From assembly GCA_951406725.2 (NCBI GenBank), contig OX597826.1:35836001-35900000 (forward strand): a stretch of DNA of 64,000 bases, in the 5' to 3' direction. The translations under genes and the position numbers were made by a program. A model generated the notes under the pieces. That model was not told where the DNA came from and did not search any database. It saw only the letters and a list, made by a program, of their open reading frames with translations. Position 1 is the stretch's first letter; each line of letters starts with the position of its first letter. Shown here piece by piece: positions 13,323-25,560 of this stretch. Origin of the DNA: Octopus vulgaris (Eukaryota).

Positions 13323-13451
13323 TTCTATCTGTGTCTATCTGTCTGTCTGTCTTTCAATCTGTGTGTCTATCGGTGTCTATCTATCTGTCTGTCTATCTAT
13401 CAATCTATCTGTCTATCTATTTATCTCTCTCTCTCTCTCTATCTATCTGTC

Positions 13452-13494
<43 letters not shown>

Positions 13495-14314
13495 TAATAA
13501 ATAGAATATATGCATACATACATACATATATGTACGTACCGACATCTACATGTATATATACATGCATATATGAATATATATATGTGAGTACAAGACACCA
13601 CAAATAGACGTAGAACTCAACGAAAAACGGGGAATTTTCCTTGTATTGTTTGTCTTGTACACTATTTTTTCGTTGTTAAAAAAGACCGTTTCCATGTTTG
13701 TTTGTACGTTTTCGTTTCTCGTTGAGTTCTACGTCTATTTGTGGTGTCCTGTACTCACATATATATATTTATATATGCATGTGTATATACATGTAGATGT
13801 AGGTACGTACATATATGTATGCATATATTTTATATCTTAATTTATTGCATGACTGAGCGCCCTCGCGTCGTTTCGTTTCTTTTCTGTTCTCCAAGTAAGT
13901 TTTTATATATAATTATGACGCGAAACTCTGTAACCCTGTCTGTCTTCCTCTTTGCCTGTCTCTCTCCTTCCTAATTTTCACCCTTTCTGGTTTCCTTTCC
14001 TCTCTATCTCTCACTCCTCCTCCTCTCTCACACAGCCGAGTCGACCACTTCCTTTCGCTGGCGGCCTCCTACAAGTGAACATGTTTTTTTCCTGTGCTCT
14101 TGAATTTTTCCATCGTCTAGGCTAAAAAAAGGCCCTCACTGTTTGTTTCCTTGTCCTGTTTTTATTCATCGTGGCGTTGTGTACTGTGAGTTGCTGTTTA
14201 TTAATTGAGTGTTCATTTTATTGTTGAACGTTTTGTTGTACGGTTTTTTGGTGGTTGTCTGTCTGTGTTGAGACAGACAAGGAAGAAGTGGACTACCCCT
14301 CCCTAACGGGAGAG

Positions 14315-15617
14315 ATGGCCAGACGAAGTATGTTCGAAAGTGTGTCGGATTTATCGACTTCTGAAGAAGAGCTTGAGAAGGCAATAAAAAAGATGGACAA
14401 ACAATTAGGAAACACTAATGCAGGAGTGAAAAAAAAAACGGAGGATAAAGAAATAGACTTGGCCAAACTGCCAAGCTACCGGGAATTCATTAAAAAGGAC
14501 GGCGGTGAAGTGGAGTTGTCACCGCCACCAAAACGAAGAGAGTGGTATGAACGAAGGACCATCACATACCGGGTTTATGCCAATGGAAAGAAGAAAATTG
14601 AAATAGTCAGTATGGAATTAATAGAAGAAGCACTGAAGAGAACGGAGGAAGATATAATATTCTTAGCAAGAGGCATGGATTTCGGTACTGTGGTGGTCCA
14701 GTTCAGGAACGATAGTGAGGCGAAGAAAATGGCTGCCAGAGCGGTGAGACAGATAAGAGTTCCTTCTGCCCTCATATCTGAATAGGAAAACTACCCGGAT
14801 CAGGGTGGAGGAAATACCCCCAAATGTTGATGGAGAATGGATAGTGGCAGCCATAATCAGCGGATGTGAGGAAGAGCTGGACATCCTCCATGCTATTATG
14901 AAGGATGAAGGCTGGAGGGGTGCAGTGCTGGATTTAAACGTGCAAGCGGAGGCTGAAACGTTGGAAAAATTAAGGGAGAACATCAGAATGGGAGGTGTCA
15001 TTATGAGAGTGTGGGTGGAGGGAAGAGCTCCACGCTGTTACAAGTGTGGCCTGAGAGGTCACATAAGAGCTTACTGCCCTCCTCCATCAAAGGAAATTGA
15101 TATGGAACCTCAAAGAAGAGGAACAGAAACCATCGGAGAAAGAAACAACGGAAGAGGAGGAGGTTCAAAAGGAATGGGAAGAAGGCAGAAAAAGGAGGAA
15201 GAAAAGGAGAAAATTAAATAGTGTTGAACCCCAATCCACCCCAACACCACCCGCACCCACTGCATCCCACCATTCCCCTGCAGACAGTGAACCCACCCAC
15301 TCCCCACCAACAAGAAAACAAAAAAAAGAAGCAAACAGTCAAGATACCACAAAAAAAAAACTAGGCCCAATTTTTTAGGTATTTCAAGGAGAAATGACAT
15401 AAAAAAAATAATGAAGGACTACCAATGGTGTAAAAAGGGCTGTAGTAGGTATGCGGTAATTTCGGAAGAGCGAATAGGTGAGTTCGTGGAAAGGTGCGAA
15501 AAGAAGAACTGTGAAATGTATAGAGTGGAAATAAATAACGAGACAAGAACGGAAATGGAAAAGAAATTCGAGAGGAAAATAGAAAGCAAGGTGTATTACA
15601 TTGAGGATAAAGTTTGA
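14315..15617 (+). pseudogene. Frameshifted gag/ORF1-like nucleic-acid-binding protein (RRM-like region plus CCHC zinc knuckle)
   Basis: Joining ORFs 14255.., 14805.., 15097.. and 15411.. needs about 3 frameshifts; contains RIRVEEIPPNVDGEWIVAAI and VEGRAPRCYKCGLRGHIRAYC (CX2CX4HX4C), as in L1/Tx1-type ORF1 proteins. Confidence 0.75.
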
Positions 15618-15938
15618 AGGACAGGTAAGTGATGCTAGCGGAGGATGCCGTTAGTATCACTTTCATCTATCATTTTCATATTTCATTACCCATATTTATG
15701 TAATTGTGATGTTTTATGTCCCCAATGTTTGTATTGTCCCCTCTGTGTAGCCCTTTATGGGTTATAAAGAATCATGTCCTGTTTTTATTCTTTACTTGTA
15801 CTGTATTTTTTTGTATTTGTTTTTTTATTTGTATTGTTTTTACGTCCTGTTTTTGTCACATTTTTTATTTCCTTGTTTTTACCCCTCTGCAAAGGAATTT
15901 TATTTAATTCTTTCGCAGGAAGAGTTAGTTCGACGAGT

Positions 15939-16000
15939 CGTGTTCTGTCCTTACCTTCGAAACACGCATGGAGTCAAACTAGGGACAGCTGATGAAGGGG
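15939..16000 (+). ncRNA. Non-circularly permuted hammerhead ribozyme candidate
   Basis: CGTGT-T-CTGTCCTTA | CCTTC-GAAA-CACG | 13 nt | TAGGGACAG-CTGATGA-AGGGG; all three helices can form, but the GAAA strand precedes the CUGAUGA strand. Confidence 0.6.
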
Positions 16001-16259
16001 AATCTTCCTTTTATTGTTTGTCTTCTACTCTGTTTTTTCGTTGTTAAAAAAAGTCCGTTTCCATGTTTGTTTTTACGTTTTCGTTTCTCGTTGAGTTCTA
16101 CGTCTATTTGTGGTGTCCTGTACTCACATATATATATTTATATATGTATGTATGCATATATTTTATTTATTAATTTATTGCATGACTGAGCGCCCTCGCG
16201 TCGTTTTGTTTCTTTTCTGTTCTCCAAGTAAGTTATATATATATATATGTGTGTGTGTG

Positions 16260-16520
16260 TGGAGGTGCAATGGCCCAGTGGTTAGGGCAGTGGACTCGCG
16301 GTTTCGATTCCCAGACCGGGTGTTGTGTGTGTTTATTGAGCGAAAACACCGAAAAAGCTCCACGACGCTCCGGCAGGGGGGGGGGGGGTGATCCCTGCTG
16401 TACTCTTTCACCACTCCTCCTCTAAATCTTTCTTCCGTTGGCCTGCTCGCTTAGCCAGCGGGGTGGCATCATTCGAAGGCTAAAACAATGCGAACGCATT
16501 GTGACCAGCGATGTGTAGCT
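16260..16520 (+). mobile_element. tRNA-derived SINE (family D)
   Basis: A-box tggcccagtgg and B-box gtttcgattcc at the 5' end, followed by a GC-richer non-tRNA body. Confidence 0.7.
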
Positions 16521-17018
16521 TCACTAAGGTGGAGGTAATAATAATAATAATAAAAATATTAATAATAATAACAACAATCATTTCTACTATCGGTACAAGG
16601 CCTGAACCTTTGAGAGGAGGTGGGTAGTTGATTGCATATACACGACTGGTACTTATTATTTCAACCCTGAAAATATAAAAGGCTACATCAACCTTTGCAG
16701 AAATCAAATTCTGAACAAATCTTACCAAAGTCAGTGATAAAAGACTGTGAATTGACCTCAAATCTCAGCCTGTACCTATTAAGTACAAATTGTCCTTTAA
16801 TCAAAGCCACGAGGAAAAAGAGAGACAAATAGAAACCTTGTGAGATTTGAACTTAAAACATCAATAAATGCCACCACATTCTGTAAAATATAAACCCTTT
16901 TCCAGTTCTTACCATTCCACTGGTCTTCATTGCCTCTATATTCATTATTAACCATTGCTAGAAGCCATCAAAGTGCCTTCTATGTGGTTCACTGACCAGC
17001 AAGAAATAGTAAGATATA

Positions 17019-17226
17019 CTTTTCTTCTCTAGGCACAAGTCCCAAAATTTTTAGGGAGGGAGCTAGTTGATTAGATCGACCCCAGTATGCAACAGGTACT
17101 TAATTTATTGACCCCCAAAAGGATGAAAGGCGAAGTCGACCTCATGTGAACTCAGAACATAGACAGACGAAGTACTGCTAAGCATTTCACACAGTGTGCT
17201 AATGTTTCTGCCAGCTCGCCACCTTG
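17019..17226 (-). mobile_element. tRNA-derived SINE family A with target-site duplication
   Basis: Full family A sequence flanked by the direct repeat agaaatagtaagatata. Confidence 0.85.
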
Positions 17227-17248
17227 AGAAATAGTAAGATATAGATAA

Positions 17249-17593
17249 AGGCATGGTTGTGGGGTTAACAAGTTTTTTTTGCAGTCATGAAGTTTCAGGT
17301 TCAATCCCTCAGCAGGAAACCTTGTCTTCTAGAACAGGCCTAAGCCAAGCAATGCCTTGTGAGTAAATTTGGGAGATGGAAACTGTGGAAGCCTGTGTGT
17401 TTTCCTGTTTGTCCCCCACCCCCACCAGTGCTTTACAACTGATGTCTGTTTGTTTACATCCCCGTAACTTAGCAGATTGGCAAAAGAGATGGAAAATAAA
17501 ATCATAAGTACTGGAGTTGATTTATTTGATGAAACCCTTCAAAGAGTTGCTCCAGCATGGTTGCAGTCCAATGACTGATAAAGTAAAAGAATA
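17249..17593 (+). mobile_element. tRNA-derived SINE family B (degenerate, full length)
   Basis: Collinear with 21158-21551. Confidence 0.7.
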
Positions 17594-19029
17594 ACGTATA
17601 ATAGATAAGATAAATATAGGAAGGCAAGATGGAATGGTCGCATCTGGAATGTCTTTGATCTTAATTCTACAGACCAAGGGTTGATATATAGGTTACACAA
17701 CAACAACAACCTTCATTTATGTAAGCCATCATAGTGACGCAGGGTCTACATCTATGATTACGGTCAATTGAATTTATTCAAATACATGTTTCATCCATAT
17801 TGTATTGACATCTAGAAGTCAAGAACCAAATTAAACACCAGCCAAGTTTGATCACAGAATGCAAGGGGAGTTGAAATGAAATACTTTAAAGTGTTTAGAC
17901 AGACTCAGCCGTCTGCGGCTCTTGAATTACCAAAAGACATCATCATAGATACAAGACAGACCAAACTTTAGCAAGACTTGATTATAAGGAAGACTTGGTA
18001 TTCATACTTGCATAACAGCCAAGTTAGCCGGTTCGTTTGGGAGGAAATTGAATTTCCAAATTGTTCAAATGTACACCATAAATATTGTATAAGAAGTCAA
18101 TATCTAAATTTAATAAAACTTATAAATGGAGTTAAAGATTTAGACTACATGACTGCAAGAAATATGTAGCTGGACAAATTAAATCATAATTAGGTGTTTT
18201 CCTCTACTTCTTCTTCGTCTCCTTCTTTGAATCTAATATTATACAAGAAGGAGGAAGATCAGCCAAACCTTTCAATTTTAATTCATTCAGTATCAACACA
18301 CACACAAATATGCACACACACACCACACACACACACATATGCATATAAATATTCATTTATCTATAGACACACATATGAATATATATATGTACAGCAATCT
18401 GTCTATCAATCTATTTATCTAATATATATATATGAAATGTATGTATGTATAATATATATAATAGCTGAAACAAATTGGGTATATGGTTGTCTGTAACATA
18501 CTGTGTATGTAGTTTAGTATATATCTATACATGTGTATGTATATATGTACATGTGTATATATATATATATGTGTGTGTATATATGTATATATCTCTGTCT
18601 ACAATATCTATCTATTAATTGATCTCTCTCTTATCCTCTGTCTTACTATCTCATTATATATATATATATAAATACACACACACACACACATACATGCGTG
18701 TGTGTGTGTGTGTGTGTACATAAATATTTCCATCTTTCCATCAACACACACAGAGGAATGTATAATATAGTGATATCACCGAATATAATGGTTATCATTG
18801 GACATTTTGCATGCTATATTCAATAGTGGCAACTATGTATGTGAATGTGCATATGTGTGTGTTTATACATACATATATATGTATTTACATCTATCTATCT
18901 TTCTACTGGACCTGACCTGGATGAAGAATTTGGAGTTCAAGTTCTAATTCATTTGAACACTACTTTATGCTTTTGATACCAAGCATATCTAGTTCACCAC
19001 CATCTTCTATCTATGTGTGTGTGTGTCTC

Positions 19030-19595
19030 TCTCTTACTCCTTTCTTTCTCTTTTTCTCTCTCTCATTGCTCACATGTGACCATCGTCCATCTTCCTTTAC
19101 CTCATGTGACAATCTCTCTTTTCCTACATGGAAGTTCAAAAGACTGGCCACTTTTGCTCTTTCTTTTTTCTTTTCTCTTTTCACTATTTTCCTCTCGTTC
19201 TGGTCTAATGACCCTGCATGTTTGTTTTCGTTGGGTTTCCTTGTACATCCCCCCTTTCCTGTTTTTGTACTCCCCAACTTTGACACTCCATAAATCCTAA
19301 ATTTTATTTTAGATTTTATGGGAGCAACTGTCTTTGAAAACTCATATTGTCATTGAATGCTTGAAATGAAGAGTAGCTAGACAGCGACAACTGATGAAAG
19401 GTCCTTTCTCTATGTTTACTTGTCCTGTTTTCCATTTTTCTTGTGTTGTTTGCATATTTAACTCGTTTGTGTACATATTTCATGTTGTTTGCACAGTTGG
19501 TGATATATTTATGTGTGTATGTATGTATATATATATATTATTTATTATTATTATTATTTAGTTGAATGCCACACATCCATTTCCAAGTAAGTTTA
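19030..19595 (+). mobile_element. Degenerate non-coding relative of the 13.5-16.2 kb element
   Basis: Pyrimidine-rich leader, permuted hammerhead motif at 19342-19400, T-rich tail, and the same terminus ccaagtaagtt before (TA)n. Confidence 0.55.
19342..19400 (+). ncRNA. Non-circularly permuted hammerhead ribozyme candidate, second variant
   Basis: TCAT-A-TTGTCATTG | ..CTT-GAAA-TGA | 12 nt | CAGCGACAA-CTGATGA-AAG; same topology as 15939-16000 with different paired bases. Confidence 0.5.
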
Positions 19596-20020
19596 TATAT
19601 ATATATATATATACATACATACACAGATACACAGGTACACATATACAAACATACATACACATATGCATACACACACACACACTATATATATATGCATTTG
19701 TTCTTTACTCATTTATTATTGTTCTCATTTTAACTCTTGTCCATTGTCTGGAAATCTTTCATCACACATCTGTGACCTCTTCAGTGACACTTTTCATCTT
19801 TGTGTGTGCTCTTGCTCCACTCATTTCATAAATATATATTTATATATATAATCAAAATAAGCAACAAGAATATCTTCAGTAATTTGGTACGATCGTTTCA
19901 CGCTACATCATTTTATTAAACATTGTAAGTATTACAACAGTTTTAAACAGATAACACCATACAAAATTCTGGTGCATCTGACTTAAGTACCATATACATT
20001 TGAATTTAAATTTTGCTGAA

Positions 20021-20059
<39 letters not shown>

Positions 20060-20169
20060 ATGTATATATATATATATATGTATATGTATATATATGTATA
20101 CATGCATATCCAGGACATCAAAAATGTTGACAAACTACTAAATTCTTTGAGAAGAATCTGTACAAGACA

Positions 20170-20664
20170 TGCAATAATGCCTCATATTTTTGAGGTTACT
20201 ATTTTAAGTGATTGTTTTTTGGGGGGCAGAAGATGCATTTACACCCAGAATATTCTTGATTCCATTGCAGAAATACTTTTTGCATTCAAAACCCTACAGT
20301 TTCCTGTAGAACTGAGTTCTTACAATGTCTTTAAGTAAATGTCAGGAACAAATTTGATCTATTATTGAGCTACAACTCAAAGAATATTGTTTTTCTCTCG
20401 TGGGTAACTGTATATTACATGTACAAGAGTAGGAAGTTCACATGTTGTTTTTCATTCATGCTCCTTCTGGAAAAACACACGTAACATTGTTTATGAGGAA
20501 GTTCTGCCTTTATACTAAATAGTAAAAAAGAGGAACAAATAACACAATTAGGAGTTGAAGGTGACATGGTACTGTAAAATGGGAAACCTACAAATGAAAT
20601 GCAAAAATGTATGTAGCAAAAGCAAAACCGTTTTCTACAGGCTGTTGCCCAAGCAACACTAAGC

Positions 20665-20672
<8 letters not shown>
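20170..20672 (+). mobile_element. Helitron 3' remnant (PIF1-type helicase C-terminus plus degenerate terminal hairpin)
   Basis: Frameshifted translation MPHIFEVTIL...EDAFTPRIFLIP...FAFKTLQFPVELS...MSLSKCQEQ...CFS.RG*LYITCTRVGS; ends gttgcccaagcaacactaagcaac. Confidence 0.8.
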
Positions 20673-20711
<39 letters not shown>

Positions 20712-20759
20712 TTATATCTATTTATATATATATTTATATATTTATATCTATTTATATAG

Positions 20760-20800
<41 letters not shown>

Positions 20801-20813
20801 CTATTTATATAGA

Positions 20814-20854
<41 letters not shown>

Positions 20855-21057
20855 CTATTTATATAGATATTATATATATATATATGTATATATATATATT
20901 TATATCTATTTATATAGATATATATTATATATATATTTATATATATATTTATATCTATATATAGATATTTATATATATATATATATTTATATATTTATAT
21001 ATATATATATATATTTATATCTATTTATATAGATATTTATATATATATATATATTTA

Positions 21058-21090
<33 letters not shown>

Positions 21091-21140
21091 TTATAGATAT
21101 GTATATATATAAATTTATATATTTATATATATATATATAT
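20672..21140. repeat. (TA)n-derived minisatellite with recurring tttatatctatttatatagata unit
   Basis: Direct inspection. Confidence 0.9.
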
Positions 21141-21157
21141 GTGTGTGTATTCATATA

Positions 21158-21551
21158 GGGGCAGGAGTGGCTGTGTGGTAAGTAGCTTACTTACCAACCA
21201 TATGGTTTCAGGTTCAGTCCCACTGTGTGGCACCTTGGGCAGATGTTTTCTACTACAGCCTCAGGCGCTGGCCAAAATCTTGTGAGTGGATTTGGTTGAT
21301 GGAAACTGACAGAAGCCTATCATATGTATGTGTGTGTGTGTTTATGTGTCTATGTTTGTCCCCCCAACATCGCTTGACAACTGATGATGGCATGTTTACG
21401 TCGCTCTAACTTAGCAGTTCGGCAAATGAGACCAGTAAGATAAGTACTAGGCTTACAAAGAATAAGTCTTGGGGTTGATTTGTTCGAATAAAAGCGGTGC
21501 TCCTGCAGGGCCTCAGTCAAATGACTAAAACAAGTAAAAGAATAAAAGAAC
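21158..21551 (+). mobile_element. tRNA-derived SINE family B, full length
   Basis: ggcaggagtggctgtgtggtaagtagc...ggttcagtcccactg, internal (TG)n, tail aagtaaaagaataaaaga. Confidence 0.85.
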
Positions 21552-21579
21552 ATATATAGAGTGAGAGAAAGAGAGGGAC

Positions 21580-22072
21580 TGGGGTGGCAGTGTGGTAAGA
21601 AGTTTGCTTCCCAACCACATGGTTATGGGTTCAGGCCCACTGCATGGCATCTTGGACAAATGTCTTTTACAGTAGCTTTGAGTTGACCAAAGCCTTGTGA
21701 GTGGATTTGGTGAACAGAAACTAAAGGAAGCCCATCATATATAGCTATGAGTTACTCTGGCCATGCTAGAGCACTGCCTTGAAGAATTTCGGTCAAATGA
21801 ATCAACCCCAGGACTTTTTTTTCTTAAGCTCGGTACTTATTATATTTGCTTCTTTTCCTGAGTTGCTAATTTACAGGGATGTAAACACACCATCAGCGGT
21901 TGTGAAGTGATGGTGGGCACCTAACACAGTCACAAAGATACACACATACACACACACACACATATATATATATGCATATGACACATTTCTTTCAATTTTT
22001 GTTTACCAAATCCACTCACAAGGCTTTGGTTGGCCTGAGGCTATAGTAGGAGACACTTGCCCAAGGTGCCAC
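21580..22072. mobile_element. Two partial family B SINEs in opposite orientation
   Basis: 21580-21740 is a plus-strand head; 21755-22072 is a minus-strand body. Confidence 0.7.
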
Positions 22073-22729
22073 ATTGGCAAGTGTAATATTTTCCCATGGC
22101 TGCACATCAGTGCTGTATGGTGGTTGTTGTATTGAGGCTGCTGTCACACCCAATGCTACCAAATTTCAAGCAGGGGTTTATCGAAAGTTTCCTGTAAAGA
22201 TTTACAATTAAATTAACGAACATTCCATTTTCAATGAGTGTGCAGTGCACACAGAACACACATGGAATAGCCACCCTTGCTGCCCTTGGGTTTTCTCAGA
22301 AGATAGGAAATGAATGTCACCACATGTTTGACAGTGATGTTTGCTTACAGCTATCACATGATATCAACACCCGGGTACGAACACATGCATTCACACACGC
22401 ACACACACACACACACACACACCCATGCTCACACACATATTTATATATACAATAACCTTCTTCCAGTTTCGGTCAAACAAATATGTTCACAAGTTTTTGG
22501 TTGGTCAGGGGCTCTAGTGGACAGCACTTGACCATAGTGCTGCACCATAGGACTGAACTCAAAGCCACATCTTATGGAAGCAAGTTTCTTAACTATACAA
22601 CAGCTCTATATGAACATATCCAGTGTGTGTGTGTGTCATTAAAAGAAGTTATAATTAAAATTGTTTTGTGTTTTATTTACATGTTACTGCAATCTGTAGC
22701 AACCCACCCTTCAAAAAAAATTATTTGTT

Positions 22730-23145
22730 TCAATATTTTAGCACAATGCCAGCAATTTCGAAGGGGTTGGGTAAATCGATTACACCAACACCAATATTCA
22801 ACTGGTACACATTTTATCGACCCCTACAAGGGTGGCAGGCAAAATTGACTCCGTTGGCATTTGAACCTTCAACATGTAAAGTCAGGAGAAATGCTGTTAA
22901 GCATTTTGTTCAACATGGTAACAGCTCTGCCAGTTCTCTATCTTCACCTCAACAAAATATTTGTTTCTACTCTAGGCACAAGGCCTGAAATTTTTGGAGA
23001 AGGGGCCAGTCGATTAGATCGACCCCAGTATGCAACTGGTACTTAATTTACCGACCCCGAAAGGATGAAAGGCAATGTCAACCTCGGCAGAATTTGAACT
23101 CAGAACATAAAGACAGACGAAATACCACTAAGTATTTCACCCAGT
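22730..23145 (-). mobile_element. Two tandem family A SINEs
   Basis: Degenerate copy ~22730-22935 and better-preserved copy ~22963-23145. Confidence 0.75.
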
Positions 23146-23494
23146 GGGATGTCCCCACCAGCACCAGCACCACCACCACTACCACTGAGTATGCAGACCA
23201 ACTCCACAAGAACTGATTTCCATTATATTTCTTTTCTACAATCAAAAACTTCTTTAACAAAATTCTAATCTATTCAGACAGCCGATGGGGGTGTCCTGTG
23301 CCACCCTGCGTCTCCACCCTCACTTTACTGCAGATTCTTTACACAGGATGTACCCAGTCCTCCTAGATTAAATTATACACATTATGTATCATTCTAACTC
23401 CCCCCACACACACACACGCATGTTCTGCAAATTCTACAGATAAAATCACCAACCATCTTCTTTGTTGTCAAACAAAACGGTTTCTAAAGAGCAT

Positions 23495-25560
23495 ACCTCT
23501 CTCTCCTCCTCCTCCTTTGCTACCTCTCTCCTCCTCCTCTCTCTTCCTTTGCTGCCTCTCTCCTCCTTTCTTCCTTTGCTACCTCTCTCTCCTCTCCTCT
23601 CTCCTTCTCCTTCTCCCCTTTCATTGCCATCTTCATTTTCTTTGTCACCAAATATACTGAAGCTTCTCCCAATATCAGAATTGGTCACTTTCGTCCCCCC
23701 ACCCCACCACCAGTCTCACCACCATCATCATCTCAAAAGTGATACTCTTTCCCTTCATCCTGATCTTTTCCTTTTCCTCTTCCTCTTTCCCCTCTTTCTT
23801 CTCCTCTCCACATTTTCATCATCATCACAATCACCACCATCATCATCAATATCACTCTTCCACCACTACCACTGCCACCATCACCACCACCATCATCATC
23901 ATCATCACCCCTTCCCCACCATCACTGCCACCACTGTTGCCACCACCATCACCACTACCAGTACAACCAGCAGCAGCATCACCCCCACATACATCACCAT
24001 CATGACAACCACCACCATAACCATCACTATTGATGCCACCACCATCATCATCATCATCATCATCATTGATGTCCATGTCGTCACAACAACCAATCTTGTT
24101 AGGACTGTTAACAACAGAAATAATTATGGTTAACGAACCAATGACATTTCACCTCCACACAGTCATGTGACATGCAACCAATCACAGAGAAGTGTCTTAA
24201 AATTTAAAAAGAAAGTAAATAAATAAAACACAAATGACTTATAATTAGTGGGATGGTCCTGTTTGGAATGTTTTTATTGTAGATTTGCTGGTTATGAACT
24301 GATTGATGGCTTAGACAGTAACCATGACAACTGCAGGCCCAACTTTACTGTTAAGATACTAAACTCACTAAAACTTCCTTCCATTGTTGTTGTTGTTGTT
24401 TAACACCAGGTCAACCCTGGTCATACAGACCTGCAAGATCTGCTCATGGTTTTGAATATGATCATCTCATTTTTCTTTCAGGCATTGTCTATCTTGGACT
24501 GCATGATCCAATGGCCTCACTTCTTCTAGATGGGAGCAGATGGTCTGAGGGAAATTTGGCTGTGGTTTCTAGGCTCAAGTACATTAACGTTGAGAGGGAC
24601 AAAAAGGAGGAGGAGGATTGCGATGGTGGTGGTGATAGTGATGATGATGATGGGATAATGATGACAATGATGATGATGGTGATGACAACAATGACAAATA
24701 TGACGATGATGATGATGATGGATGATGATGAGAATATAATTTATGATGCGAAAGCTCATCATAAGGTTTATCATCATCATTATCATCATCATCATGCCAT
24801 CTTACCAACTTACCTAGCTACGTCCCCACCCACATTTGCTATTATATTCATCTGCATTATATGCACCAGTTTACAACTGCACACACACCAAGACCTCCAC
24901 CACCACCACCACCACCACCACAAAACTACACGGAAACCACTATTCTATGCCACACTCTTTTTCACATCACATTGCCACAACACGCCAACACTACTACTCT
25001 CTACTACTACCCATGCCACTGCACCTCACCCCAGGCCACTGCTACACTGCTACCCTCTCACAACATCACTTCACATCATTCCACCATCTTGCTCCATCTC
25101 AACACATTGCCTCACCACGACCATAGACCATTGCTACACACCACCGCATTATACCACACAGGCTCATTCCTACCCTACCCCCACCATCCCGTATCAGTAT
25201 CACCACTCTTGCTACCCTCCAGCCCCAGCCGGCACTCTGCATCTCCTTGCCATTCTAGCTTACCAATGCTACACACCACTGCTACCAAACACTATACCCC
25301 CCCCCCCCCCCCCGCATCCCACATCGCTACCCCATTCCACCTCTATATCACCCCACCCCCATCACTACCCTGTTCCACCCCTATATCACCTCCACCCCCA
25401 TCGCTACTCCATTCCACCCCTATATCACACACACACCCACCCCACTGGCCGCTGTTGCTCACAACCACTTATACAGTCCCCGTACACCTATCCCCACCCT
25501 GCCCTACCTTTGTACCACCCTACCCCATCCTGCTGCAAATGTCCATCTCAGCCTCTGTCA
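23495..25560. repeat. Low-complexity CT-, CAC-, CAT- and GAT-rich tracts
   Basis: Direct inspection; explains ORFs 23462..24133 and 24511..25614. Confidence 0.85.

Larger units (their letters stand above)
13490..16234 (+). mobile_element. RT-less Penelope-like element with direct terminal repeats, inverted 5' copy, gag/ORF1-like ORF and permuted hammerhead
   Basis: Direct repeats 13629-13902 and 15997-16234; 13490-13629 is the reverse complement of ~13713-13844; flanked by (TA)n; internal CCHC ORF. Confidence 0.75.

Noticed and set aside
13629-16234. Interpretation as a classical LTR retrotransposon or TRIM
   Set aside because: Repeats lack TG..CA ends, no PBS or PPT is evident, and an inverted 5' copy plus hammerhead fits Penelope-like architecture better.
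16260-16320. Possible tRNA gene (also SINE heads at 21158, 28289 and 5985)
   Set aside because: A/B boxes are present but there is no complete cloverleaf, and each continues into a repeat body, so these are tRNA-derived heads.
18915-18960. ctggatgaagaatttggag...ttctaattc hairpin resembling a hammerhead helix II
   Set aside because: Core is corrupted and GAAA/helix III is absent.
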